NCBI GenBank assembly: GCA_905178155.1
Contig: CAJINV010000007.1
Location: 2,275,151-2,339,150, forward strand
Length of the DNA: 64,000 nucleotides
Source: Amoebophrya sp. A120
Lineage: Eukaryota > Protista > Dinoflagellata
Reading direction: 5' to 3'
The notes beneath the pieces are model-generated. The model did no database searches. It was given only the letters and a program-made list of their open reading frames with translations, and was not told the DNA's origin. The translations under genes and the position numbers were made by a program. Positions 1-11,207 of this stretch are shown piece after piece (position 1 is the first letter of the stretch; the number at the start of each line of letters is the position of its first letter).

Positions 1-2460
1 ACTTTTTCAGCCGAAGCTTTCCCTTTTCCCTTCGACAGGGGACCAGGAACGGTGGCCAGTCGCTGGACCGCTTTCTGCATGTTCTGCTTGATTTTCCAAT
101 TGGCGAGTTCGTTCTCCGGATCTTTGTCTCTTTCCAGCCTCTCGAGCGCTTGTGCCTTCAACGCAGCCAGCTCCTCCGGGGAGAGCAAGGCCTTTTGCTC
201 TTCTTCGGACAGTCGCGGCTTTCCCTTCTTCTCGCCCTTCTTGCCGTTCCCTTTGTCAAAAAGGACGCCATCGTCCTCGCCGGGATGAAACACACCTTTG
301 CCTTTGATGCCCTTTACATCAAACATTGCGTCTTCCTCTTCGTCTTCCGACTCGGAGTCCATGGGACCTCTCCCAGATGAGCCTTTTTCGAAAGAATCAG
401 CGAAGTCTTTTCCCTTGGGCCCACCTTTTCCAGGGCCTAAAAAGAAGTCCTTACCTGATTTATTTCCAAAGAACAAGTCCTTGCCTTTCTTTCCTTTTGC
501 TTTTTTACAACTACCTTTCATCAGTAGCAGCTCCTCGTGGGTTGGTGGTGGAGGACGTGCGTATTCCTCGAGCAAAGCGTCGAAAGCTGGTTTTGCAGGG
601 CGAGGCTCGGGATCTACAGCTTCAGAAGGTCGTGCGGCGCTGGCTGCGTCTTTCATCTCGACGTCAACATCTTCTGTACCGACAGCATTGCTAGGCGCGC
701 TTAAGGCTTCTCCTGATTCACCAGTTGCAGCAGGTGGCGTAGTGCCGGAAGCAGGTGGAAGTGAAGCGACAGCCACAGCAGCAGGCTTTGAAGAAGAAGA
801 GGATGAGGAGCCAGCAGAAGCCGTCACTGAAGCTGGAGGTGCGGCTGATGCTGTCCCTCCTTCTGCTCCTACTCCTGCTTCTCCTCGTGGCGCAGAAGTT
901 GCAATTTTCTCCGCGCTCAGTTTCCTTGCCTTGTTCCCACCACCAGCCGCGTTGTTCAGAAATCCCTTTTTGACGGCGGGGTCCTTCTTCGCCGACGTGT
1001 TGAAGAAGCCCTTTTTCACAGCGGGCTGCGATGATTGTGGCTTCTGCTCTTGCAACTTGTCTCCAGTAGCAGTAGCACCCGCAGCTGCTGAACCACTTGG
1101 GGAAACACCACCTGGTGGCAGCACGTTCGATGACGTCTTCGGTTGTAAGCTCTGCTCCACCACTCCGAGAATGTCCTCAGTGTTCATCTTTCCGACGTCT
1201 TCCTTTTTCACTTTTGGCTTCGGCTTCGCTTGCTGGGCGGCGGGCTTGGCAGCTTTTGCACTTTTTGACGAACTACTTGAGGATTTGTTGTTGTTTCCCC
1301 CGCCTCCATTAAGGTTCAACACACTGTCGAATTGCTCCATCATTTCCTTGAAAAGCGGGTCCTGATAGAAAAAAATAGATCGCACATGATGTGGTTAAAG
1401 TTCTTGTGTACTTTTTGCTTCACAAATGCCAATATGCCCCGACGCAAGACAAGTTCCGCATTCATCTTAATATGACGATTCACAGAAGTAAGTTTTTAGT
1501 TTTACGTATTTATACCTGCATGATTTCTGTCATTTCCTGCATGCCTTCCATCTCATTCATTTCCCCACCTTGCACCTGCTTCATCCAATTCGAGAAATCT
1601 GACATCAGATCTGCGTCCCCAAGCGTTTCCTGGATCGTTTTCTCGAAATCGTTAACATCCTGTGACTTCGACGTCGCGCTACTCTGCTTGCTCTGGTCCT
1701 CGGCGGCCTTCGGCTTCTTGGCTGCTGGAGCGGCTCCTTCCCCCGTGGAAGCAGAAGCGGCTGCTTTTGCACCAGCTGCAGTGCCTGCACTGGACAACGT
1801 GGAACAGGAGGCATCAGTAGTAGGCGCAGCTTTAATACTGCTCTGGGGACCTCCTGTTTGCGCAGGCTCTACAGTGATCGTCTTCGGGTCCTCAGCAACA
1901 TCAGGACCTCCCTGAGGAGCTGCACCAGCATCGAAGTTTTTCCTGACCGGCGTCGGCCCAAGATGCCAATCTCCCTTCAGTGCCGGGTCGACTTCGAGTA
2001 AACTCTTTTTCTCCTCTGCGTTTTTGTTCCTCAAATGCAAAGCTAGCTCATCCTCCAAAAATTGGCACTTGTTCAACAGGCTCGTCTCTTTATCCACAGT
2101 GTCAGTCGTGGTTCCAGCATTTTCACCCACATTATCTTTTCTCAACGCATCAACCAATTTCGCATCTTGCACCTTCTGCTCGACGGTGTGCAGTAACCCT
2201 CTGTCTAGGTCCGCGTCGCCACAATTTTCGTCGAATCCAACAATCGGGGCCGCGTTGTGGCACTTGTCCTCCAAATCTGAGTCTTCCGCGGTGCCGTTCG
2301 TGTACCCAGTGTCCGGAAAACTGTTGTTCCCGCGGGCGAGGTTTTTGTTGAGCTCATCTATTTGCTCTTTCGTCTTCTGGTGGTTCTTGTCGTACTTCTG
2401 ATCGACGAGCTTCTCGAACTGCGCATCGATCGCCTGCTCGTAATGCGAGGAAGCCGTCAT
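1..2460 (-). CDS. Hypothetical low-complexity protein, two exons (2460-1516, 1361-<1), 3' end outside window
   Basis: ORF 1510..2460 ends at a GT donor (CAG|GTATAA); acceptor TTTCTATCAG| at 1362 continues in frame (EIMQ|DPLFKEMM, STI1/DP-like) and stays open to base 1; repeated KKGFF/KKGFL motifs. Confidence 0.7.
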
Positions 2461-3502
2461 CTTTGTTTCTGGTTTTTTTATTTCGTTTTAATTTTCCTGA
2501 ACAGTTGTACAATACATAGGGTAGGTGCACCAGGTAAGCAGGAAAAAAGAAAATATTATAGGAACAAGTACGCATAGACAGTGCCGTAATTGTAATTTGC
2601 TCTAGTGAGCCTGTTGTCGGGGTGAAGCGTCGGTGGACTTCGAGCGAGTAACCCGGGTCCTAGTAGCCGAAATCCGACCATAGCTTTTGTCTCAACTACG
2701 AGCAGCCACGGGACAGACTAAACGAAGTAGGAGCTATGTGAGTTTCACAAGCTCGTCGCTGATCACACACCACAATCTATCATAACATTCAAGTAGGTCA
2801 AAGGATTCATAAGCACATTTTCTACAGATGAAACTACATGTGAGGAGGTCCTGGGCGTGTGGCACAAAAAACGCGGCAAAAAAAAAAACCTGAACTCGAT
2901 GTTAAACCGGTTCGAAGTTGAGAAGCTCCTCCCGTCGTGCCAAATGAGTTGTCGCTCTACTAGAAGCGACAGCTAGATCCTACGTGGTGGACAAGAGCTC
3001 TTCATCGCGATGCTGCTGCGGCTAGTAGGAGAACGAAGAGGTCGTGGTCACTGTAGTGCTTTTGTTCATATCAAAGTCGTGGTCCACCATGTAAAAACAC
3101 ATGGAAAGTAGTAGTACTCTCAGAGAGCAGCGTGCGCGGTACTAGATCTGGTGCTGCAAGAAGTGTTAATCAAACTCGCTGCCGCAGAGAAAGAACACTG
3201 CTGGGGCTCGATTTTTTTTTTTGCAGGCAAGTGCAATACTTTCACGTTATCCTGTCGATGTGTCGGGAAAACTCTTTGTCGCTTGCTGTCGTCTGTACAA
3301 AGCAAAAAATCTTGATTTCGCAAACGCAAAATCGAAACCACTGGATAATGTTTTGATTCACGCAACTAAAACTCATACTAGGAGAGCGTGTACTAAAGAC
3401 AGCAAGAACTGTTATCGTAGAAAGTAAAGCCGAACGGTAAATGAAGAAAGTACCGCTCGAAATAAACATCCTAGAAGATGAAACCACTCGTAAAAAATAG
3501 AA

Positions 3503-6301
3503 TCAGGCCGTCAAAATTGTTATCATGTCGTCTGTGACGTTGTTTTCCTTCAGCATCGTCCGTACCACAGCGTTGAACCCGGATGGGCCGGAGACGATTA
3601 CTCGACAATCCTTCACCATTCTCGAAACCGCTTTTTTCAACGACTCCACAGATATCCTGTTCCTGACCAGTTCGCAATTCGGCAGACCTTCGAACTCAGC
3701 CAGCTGGTCGTGTTGCTTCATTTCGTCGAACCCCCGGGACGAAAACGGCATAGTTCTTGCGCCAGTTACATCTCCATTGTTCTCCTCGTAGTCTGATGCA
3801 ACACTACTCGTTTCCCCTGTCAAGTGCAAGACGCAATTCCTCAAGCCCTGCGGTCCGTTTGCGAGGCGTCGTTTCTTTTGGTATTCGCTCTCCTCCTCCG
3901 CTCCGGCGGGGCCTGCTCCGGACCCCTCCTTGCACCATTGAAGGATTTCGGGAAGCATATCAAAAGGAAAAATCCCCCCTCCCCATATTGCAAAGATATG
4001 CTTCCAAAAATTTGTGTTGCGGATTTGAGGTCACAAATCACCTCTGTCTTGCAAGAAGACAAGGGCAGAAGTTTCCGCCACATTACGGAAGCTGTTTGTC
4101 ATGCTGTTGGGCATAAAGGGGAACCGTTTGCCATGCTGAACAACTAGACCCATACGCCCCTACCTAGCCTGGGGATCTGGCCGCCATGCCTCTCTGCAAT
4201 ACAAAGCTGATTTGTGGCCACAAATCAGCATCACAAATTTCCGTTTTGATATGGGGAGGGGGGATTTTTCATTTTGATAGAGCATCAAAATATCGTCCTT
4301 CCGACAGGAGAGGACCAAATCGATTGCGATCTTCAACTGGTCCGTCTTTCTCGTCGCGATGTTCAACTTGCTATACGGATCGCGGTGCGCCAAGACCTGG
4401 GGGAGCGCAACGACGCCGGTTCCGCCGAGGACGAGGAGGATGGACTTCTGGATCTGTTTCGGCATCTGCGCGTCTTCCGGGATAAGGTGAGGGAGGGTAA
4501 GGGTGATAACCGGCTGGGAAAGGTAGATTTGAATCTTGTTGCTGCTGATCTCGACATCTTTGCTGGGGGTTGTAGTTTTGGCTTGTTCTTGGCTGTTCAT
4601 CACGACGTCGCCTGAGCCCCCTGCTGAGCTGGGCGCAACTGCACTTTGGTTGATGTCCGCATGGTAATCATTCTCATCAACTACCACTTCCGTCCCCGCC
4701 ACGACCCGACTACTCGACCTAAATTCGTCCTCTCCACCTCGTCCACTTGGTTCATCAACCTGATCAGAAGTACTATGCAGCCTCTTCGAGATCGTATGTA
4801 GCCAGCTTGTCGCCTGGCCATCGGGGTAAATTTTGATCAGAATGTCACAAGTCCCCAGCTCCCACTCCTTGGCACTGCTGATGGGTGTGTAGTCACGCTC
4901 GACCCAGGGTAGTGGCCCTTCGTCTTCGATTTCGTCTTGTGACTTCGATTGTAAAACCAAGTCCAGATTCCGCGGCGCAAGCAATGTTGTGTGCCACGTT
5001 TTGGGAATCGGCATCTTCCCGCGGCCGCGGGGGTGTGGTGTGGCGCGTTTTTTGTCTTGCGAGGAAAAGTGGAAGACAGCGGAATGATAAGAAACCGGGG
5101 TCACTTTCTCCAACGTCCACTTGGTGTAGTTGTCAATGGCTTCTGGGAAGACAAAATTCCTGTTTCGCTCCGAAGTTTTATTTACAGCGGAGGAAGACGA
5201 AGATGCCGATGCGGTTGCTGGAATTGCGTTGCTTGGATCTTGTGATGCTGCGCCGACATCAGAATCTGGAGATGTTGCAGCACTCGCGTCGTTTTCGCCT
5301 GCTCTTTTCGCCTTCGCCAAATCCGTCAGCATTTGCTGCGTTGTCGTCGTGCCGTCGAATGTTTTCCACTTCTCTTTCTCCCCACCCCCGCCGACGTTCG
5401 TCGCTTCCGCCAGCATTTTCGCTTTACATGTGTCGATGAAGAGTAGCAGCCGCTTCAAATTCATCACCGGCATCATCATTTTTTCGTTCGGATTCATCGC
5501 CGAACTGACCTCAGTCGAACTATCCATCAATTGCTCCAGCTTCTTCTCAATAGCCCCCACCGCTTGTTCGTCCGCGTGTTTGGAAAGCAAGGAGATCTTC
5601 TTCCTGGTTAAATTTTCCAATTGCTCCTGCAAAAAAGCCTTGTTGCTCATCGCCTGCCTTGCGTTATTTGCCCCGAGAGCTAGACCTGAAGAGGCGCCGC
5701 CTGTTTGCATTAAACTCTGCTGCAGCTGCTGATTTGCTCCTTTCCCGAGGGAAAAAAAACGCTTTTCCGCGTTCTGCAGCACCTTGCAGCCGTCCTTCCA
5801 AAAGCCGGCCATCTCGAGTAAATTTGCCTGTGCGATTGCGAGTTCCACAAATTTCTTCGCGTCGAAGGAGTCGATTTGTTCCACCTCCCCGGTCAGCTTT
5901 ACTTGCGCGGACAACCCCTTGAGCGCCGTGTTCCACTTGAAAACCGACGCCGCGTACTGCCGGCTGCGGCTCAGTCTGATGTCCTCTAGCCTCCTCTTCG
6001 CGTTTTCGTCCAGGAAGCAGGACTGGAGTAAAACGCTCGCCGCAATCCCGGCGGCAAATTCGATCATCCTTGCAATGGCGTCGGAGGTGGAGAGTCTCGT
6101 AAAGGGGGTTTCGTTTCTCCGGTTCTTCACCACCACGACGCCCGGCGCCTGGCTGCAGAGCCCCAGACACCCGGATTGATGGACGGCGCAGGTGTTTTTC
6201 GCGTCAGAACCACTGACAAGCTCTTCGATCTCGATCAGCGTGGCTTCGGACCCGGCCTTGCGGCAGGAACCCGCTTGGCAAACGAGGATGTCGACGGCCA
6301 T
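3503..6301 (-). CDS. Thioredoxin-like [2Fe-2S] ferredoxin fused to a cytochrome-b5-reductase/FNR-type FAD/NAD(P)H oxidoreductase (~823 aa; exons 6301-4280, 3952-3503)
   Basis: N-terminal CQAGSC...SGCLGLCSQAP; FAD motif RDYTPIS and KIYPDGQATSWL; NAD motifs GGTGV and SGPSGF; ORFs 4160..6301 and 3503..3958 join in frame (DDILML|PEILQW) after removing the 3958-4279 element plus one direct repeat. Confidence 0.8.
3958..4279. mobile_element. Introner/MITE-like element, family D (322 bp)
   Basis: TIR TATCAAAAGGAAAAATCCCCCCTCCCCATAT / ATATGGGGAGGGGGGATTTTTCATTTTGATA; flanks AAGCA (3953-3957) and GAGCA (4280-4284); interrupts CDS, removal restores frame. Confidence 0.9.
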
Positions 6302-7319
6302 TCTTCTTGAGTATCAATCAATATTGCGAAATCAAATGCGTAAAACTTGAAAAATGGACTTGAAACGAATTATGGGTACGCAAAACGTAATCGTGGCTTT
6401 TGCTCGCCGGAAATAACGAGAGTAATAACTACTCAACTCGGAGTACACATCCGGATAGCGATCAGTTTCTAAAGTTTCTTCATATCATGGTGTGGCGCCG
6501 TCCTGAAGAAAGAAACAATTGTGAGATCCTTTCCTTCCAGGCATGATGAAAGGTTGCGAAGCAGGAAGGCGAACAACTACGGCTGTACTGAAAAAAAAAC
6601 AATCTGCTGTGTAGCATGCCATGATCCGCTCCTGCGTCTAATATTTTCACTTCCACCTTTTTCTCCACTATTTCATTCCATCACCACATCCTCATCATCT
6701 CCATCATCTTCTTCTGACTCTCACCATCAACTTCTCTTCCAATGGCTCTTGTTTCCGAGGACAAAATTTTTCTAGATCAATTCTTCTTCTTGCTTCTTTC
6801 TCTCTGCAAGTAATCTTTTATTTTCGCTTCAAGGTGTACAGTAAGTTGCAATCGAAATAGAATAAAGATCGGCAATGATAACTTCAGCTTCTGCTTCGCT
6901 ATCCATCACCTCCATATCACAAATATATCGAGATACAAGTTGGGAGCTTGAAATTCGTTATTCTTGCGCTGGACAACATACAGATATCAGTCACGATAGA
7001 GAATCATACATTTCGACTGAAGGATCTTCATAAAACATCACTAACATTGTCTTTATTATTATTGATTCTCTAAGATACTAGAAATTACTAATATCAAACG
7101 GCATTTATTAAATTAAATTTTGAACAAAACACATTCATAAATATCATTTCATTTTACTCGTCGACAGGTAAGGGATCTTGATGGCAGGGCGCTTCTTCGT
7201 CGCAGCTACGGGTTTACTTCAGCAAGAACCTTGAAAGTGAGGCTCTGCCCGCAAAGTCGGATCATCCTCGTACCCTCCGATGACTCCTCCACCCCGACCA
7301 CCCGCACCCCCTGGCCCAC

Positions 7320-9974
7320 CTATAAGGTGCCAACACCTTCCACCACGACATCGGCCTTCTGCACGGGTTCGCGATATTCCGCTGCAAAGTGCCAAAAGCC
7401 GAACACCAACTGTTGAGTTTCGGGGCCATCTGGCGAGCTGCCAAGAACTTCTCGGCAAATACTGGTCGATGTGATTTGCACTGGCAGTCTTGCGAGCGTC
7501 ATGATCCGTCGGAGCTCGTCGACTTTATGTTGTACCGCTTCCGCAGTGATTCTTCCGCACCTTTTGGACGTCGTCGAGGTCGAGGTGCTTACTTTTGCAT
7601 GCGATCTGATTTTGTCGGAACAAGACGTGGCGGAAGCAGCTCGGGGGCCGTAGAAGAACTCACGCCAGTCGGTCGACCCGAAAAAGTATTGGAACACACT
7701 CTTTGGCAGGTAGTGCTTTTGGAGGCGATCCAAAACCACCGCTAACGGAACCCAGATCGTGTTGGGGGTGGCGTCCACGACGAAAGCTCCCACTAGCTGT
7801 GTGGAGGTCGATGAGTCGACTTCTTTCACCCCTGGTGCTGCAGCGAAAGACCTCCCCGTGTAGTGGTTCTTCTTGCCGAGCTTCACCACCGGGCACAACA
7901 TGTTTCGCACCGCCATCGCCAGAGTGTAGATCATGAGGGGCTCCAGGACCGCCCCGGGGAATTTCGAAAACGCCCCGGTGGAAAATGGATCGTAGATCTC
8001 GCCCTGATCGACGAAGGTCTGTTGCTTTTTCTTCGCGTACCGGACATCCGCAGCGGGTTTTGCAGCACCAGCAGGCGGCATCATCTTTTTCGACTCGGCG
8101 ACGAGATCCGCGAACGTCAGCAACCCGACAATGTCGTGTCTCTCCAGTTCTGCGGGATCGACGCGGTCTCCGCCGGCGCGGCTCAAGTTCACCATCAGCT
8201 CCCAGAAATCGAAATCGTGGGCGGCGCAGAACGCCTTCAACTCGTCGCGAAACTCCCGCTCGAGAAAATTCATCAGTTCGATCCGGTACCGCAGCTTGTG
8301 CCGCCTGTACTTTGCGTCCGCGTCCTGCATGCCCCTTTCCATCCGCATCAACTCCAGCGGATCTTGCTCCCCCGGAAGCGTCGGCGCCTGAATCGGAAAC
8401 ACCAGATTCGGCTTGTCAACGATGAACGGTTCGAGGAATAAGGGGATGTAGTGATCGACACGGCTGCTCTCGTCTTCTTCCCCACAAGAACTACCCCCGG
8501 CAGCGGCAGCTTGGGGGCACAAAACTTTCGCAAGCTCGAAGAAGATGCGCGGAATGTGTTGTCTCTCCCACGGCTGGAGACCCTCTTCGGGGTGGGAGAG
8601 GGCGGCGGCATGAAGAGAGTCGTGCCGCTGCATCTTACGATGTTCTCGCACGGGTCGCAAAACCAACATGAACAACTGCTCTTCCAGGTAGTTCACGGGC
8701 GCCCAATCCGTCAGCACACTGTCGGACGGAGCATAATTTTCCTCCTGGTTCTGGCCGAAGCTGTGGCTGATGTGCCCACTCGAGCAAGAGATACTAGCGG
8801 TAGACGTTTCATCTTCTGCTTGTTTGATCGGGGGGCTCTTGGGTTCGTCAACCTTCTGTTCAACACCTTCAGTTTGAAACTCGCCTACTGCCGATGGACG
8901 AGACCCGGATCCCTCTGTTTTACTCGGTGTTTTTCTATTTGTACCACCAGCGTCGGAAAAAGAACCACAACTGGACGTTGCAGCTTCATCGCATTGCACC
9001 ACTGAAGCGCAAGAATCGTCACTCGTGTCCGTCGATTTGCTTACAGCTGTTGCAGCTCCACCTGACGATGCTGCGCCCTTGGAGACACTGCAGATTTTTT
9101 TCGCATGAACATGATCTTCTTCTGGAAGTTCTTCTCGCGATTCTACGACGACATCATCAAAAGCATCACGCTCTTCAGGACCACAGCCCAGCACATTCGG
9201 CTTCTTCTTGCCTTGGGTGGCCGCGATCAAGGCAGCCGCCAATGCCTCGGCTTCACTGCGCAGAAGCAAGACCTTCTGCTCCTTGACTTGCTCGTGTAGC
9301 CAACGGCGCGAACTCCACGCAGATTTGCAACCCAGCTGACCTAGTACTGCTCCGGTGAGACCTAGCGTCACGATCGTCCCGGTGGAAGCGATTTCCCGGG
9401 CTTCTATTTTGCGATGCAGCTCCGCGATCTTCTCCTGGTGTAGAGAATCACTGTAGACAATCTTTCGGGCTTCGGCGGCGGCGGCCGCGTCCGTGTAGTG
9501 GCACGAGTCGCGCAGGTGCGCTTCCTCAGCGCTTCTTTCGCCGAACCAGGTACAGCCACGGTCGCGCATCGGGCAGGGGAACCGGATCGCAGGGCAGGTC
9601 TCCCAATGGATCGCTGCGTCGGAAAAGTTGAATGTGGCCTTGCAGCCAGTGCAAATCGCGTTCGCCTTCGCGATAATCGACCTCAACCCGCGCGCGGGCA
9701 CCCATTGCAATTTCGGCTGCCGGCAGTGCGGGCAGGAAAGCTCGTCGCTCACAGTTGTACCTGTGCCGTCATACTGCTGCTTTGCTTTTTCGTGTGCTTG
9801 TTTGATTCCCACGAGGCAGTCCTCGCAGAAATCGCAGCCGCAGCATGTCACACACACTGGATCCCGGGGCTTATCGTAACAGATACTGCACTCCAGATCG
9901 TTTAACAACGGATCATCATACTCCAACGCTGGCGGGACGAAAAGCTGCCTCGACCTTGTACCCGAGTCGCCCAT
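7320..9974 (-). CDS. RING finger + TRAF-type zinc finger protein (putative E3 ubiquitin ligase), paralog 1
   Basis: CSIC...CCGCDFCEDC...CPHCR RING, then CTGC...HWETC and CPMRDRGC.W.G.R...H...C fingers; ATG at 9974 within ORF 7320..10007; C-terminal region alignable by eye to paralogs (QPWERxH). Confidence 0.8.
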   Translation of the reverse strand: MGDSGTRSRQLFVPPALEYDDPLLNDLECSICYDKPRDPVCVTCCGCDFCEDCLVGIKQAHEKAKQQYDGTGTTVSDELSCPHCRQPKLQWVPARGLRSIIAKANAICTGCKATFNFSDAAIHWETCPAIRFPCPMRDRGCTWFGERSAEEAHLRDSCHYTDAAAAAEARKIVYSDSLHQEKIAELHRKIEAREIASTGTIVTLGLTGAVLGQLGCKSAWSSRRWLHEQVKEQKVLLLRSEAEALAAALIAATQGKKKPNVLGCGPEERDAFDDVVVESREELPEEDHVHAKKICSVSKGAASSGGAATAVSKSTDTSDDSCASVVQCDEAATSSCGSFSDAGGTNRKTPSKTEGSGSRPSAVGEFQTEGVEQKVDEPKSPPIKQAEDETSTASISCSSGHISHSFGQNQEENYAPSDSVLTDWAPVNYLEEQLFMLVLRPVREHRKMQRHDSLHAAALSHPEEGLQPWERQHIPRIFFELAKVLCPQAAAAGGSSCGEEDESSRVDHYIPLFLEPFIVDKPNLVFPIQAPTLPGEQDPLELMRMERGMQDADAKYRRHKLRYRIELMNFLEREFRDELKAFCAAHDFDFWELMVNLSRAGGDRVDPAELERHDIVGLLTFADLVAESKKMMPPAGAAKPAADVRYAKKKQQTFVDQGEIYDPFSTGAFSKFPGAVLEPLMIYTLAMAVRNMLCPVVKLGKKNHYTGRSFAAAPGVKEVDSSTSTQLVGAFVVDATPNTIWVPLAVVLDRLQKHYLPKSVFQYFFGSTDWREFFYGPRAASATSCSDKIRSHAKVSTSTSTTSKRCGRITAEAVQHKVDELRRIMTLARLPVQITSTSICREVLGSSPDGPETQQLVFGFWHFAAEYREPVQKADVVVEGVGTL

Positions 9975-10626
9975 CTTTGTTTCCCCAATTGGAGATTGTT
10001 GAATCAATTCCAGAACATTTGTTCAAAAAATATCCCGAACATCTGGTGGGTACGCGAAGAATAAGAAATTTGAGATGTTCCAAGTCTTTGGAGCGGTTCC
10101 CGGTCACGACGGAAACGACGAGTTTTTCCTTGCGACGAAAGACGACATTGACGCAACGGCAACAAGAGCAAGACGCATTTTCATCTAGTTACGGCGAAAA
10201 TAAACGACGGACCACTCCGACTCTCACGAGACTCACGGTCCGATCGAAAGACCTAGACAACATGAGTGCACGAGCACGACCATCAATCCATAGCGATTAT
10301 ATCGATTCACCACGACTGCTACCGATCCCGATCCCTTGCTCGCTTTCTACTCATCGCAACGAAATAGACGCGAAGCTTTTATGTTGGCCTTGATGTTTGG
10401 CCGCCGACCTCTTGATAACTTCACGGCCGTCGGTTTCACATATTAATTACCTTGTAGCTTTTCTAAACTTTCCGTTTCCAAGCAAATCCGTGTACAGTAA
10501 AGAATCTGATGTGCTAAATAATTCTGTAAAGCCTCCGAAACTGTACCGGAGTGCACTTGTATATTCGTATTTTCTTTGTCAAAAATAACCAATAACATCC
10601 TTGAATAAAACGACGCTTAGACTTAC

Positions 10627-10841
10627 TGATAGAACACAGACACTCAGAATACTATAGCCGTGATAGACTAAGAGCATATGCACCCGCTTCACTCACCTGA
10701 GTGGATTTGAAAGAATCATGGTTCGAGGTTCTACTCCCCGGAGGTCATTCATGTCATTTCATGATCATCTTTCTTATCGTTTGGATCTCTAGCTTTGCTC
10801 TTAGCTCTACAATGTAGGTCGTATTCTGATCCTTCCCTACA
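10627..10841 (-). repeat. 3' LTR of copia element
   Basis: 215-bp direct repeat of 16305-16519 (12 mismatches by eye), TG...CA ends, adjacent PPT AGAGGGGGAA on minus strand. Confidence 0.95.
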
Positions 10842-11207
10842 TTCCCCCTCTGATTGAACCAAGTCCAGAAGCAAGACGGCCTGCTAGGTGTCAAGTGACT
10901 CCAAGAATTGCCTGATTGCTACTTGCGACTTCAATCCTAGAGCAAACGAGAAAGGACCCGAGCAGCGGCTGGATCGTGTCAGGGTCTGAAGAGTACATCC
11001 ACCAACTCAACAGATTCGAACTCTCATAACCAAATGGCTACGGAGTACCGGTCTGATGCGCCAAAAACCCCCGCAGATACCCTGCTACCCGCCAAGTGAC
11101 TCCAGATGAAGCATCACGAGCGTGGGAGGAAGAGACCATCACAACCTACAACACAAGTTCCCGCAGTCCCTTGCGACCCTATCTACCCCATTCCCCCTCG
11201 ATTGCAA

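Noticed and set aside
298-1365. 355-aa plus-strand ORF and similar long plus-strand ORFs (15017..15835, 25107..25823, 29848..30777)
   Set aside because: Antisense shadows of minus-strand coding or low-complexity DNA with no recognisable motifs
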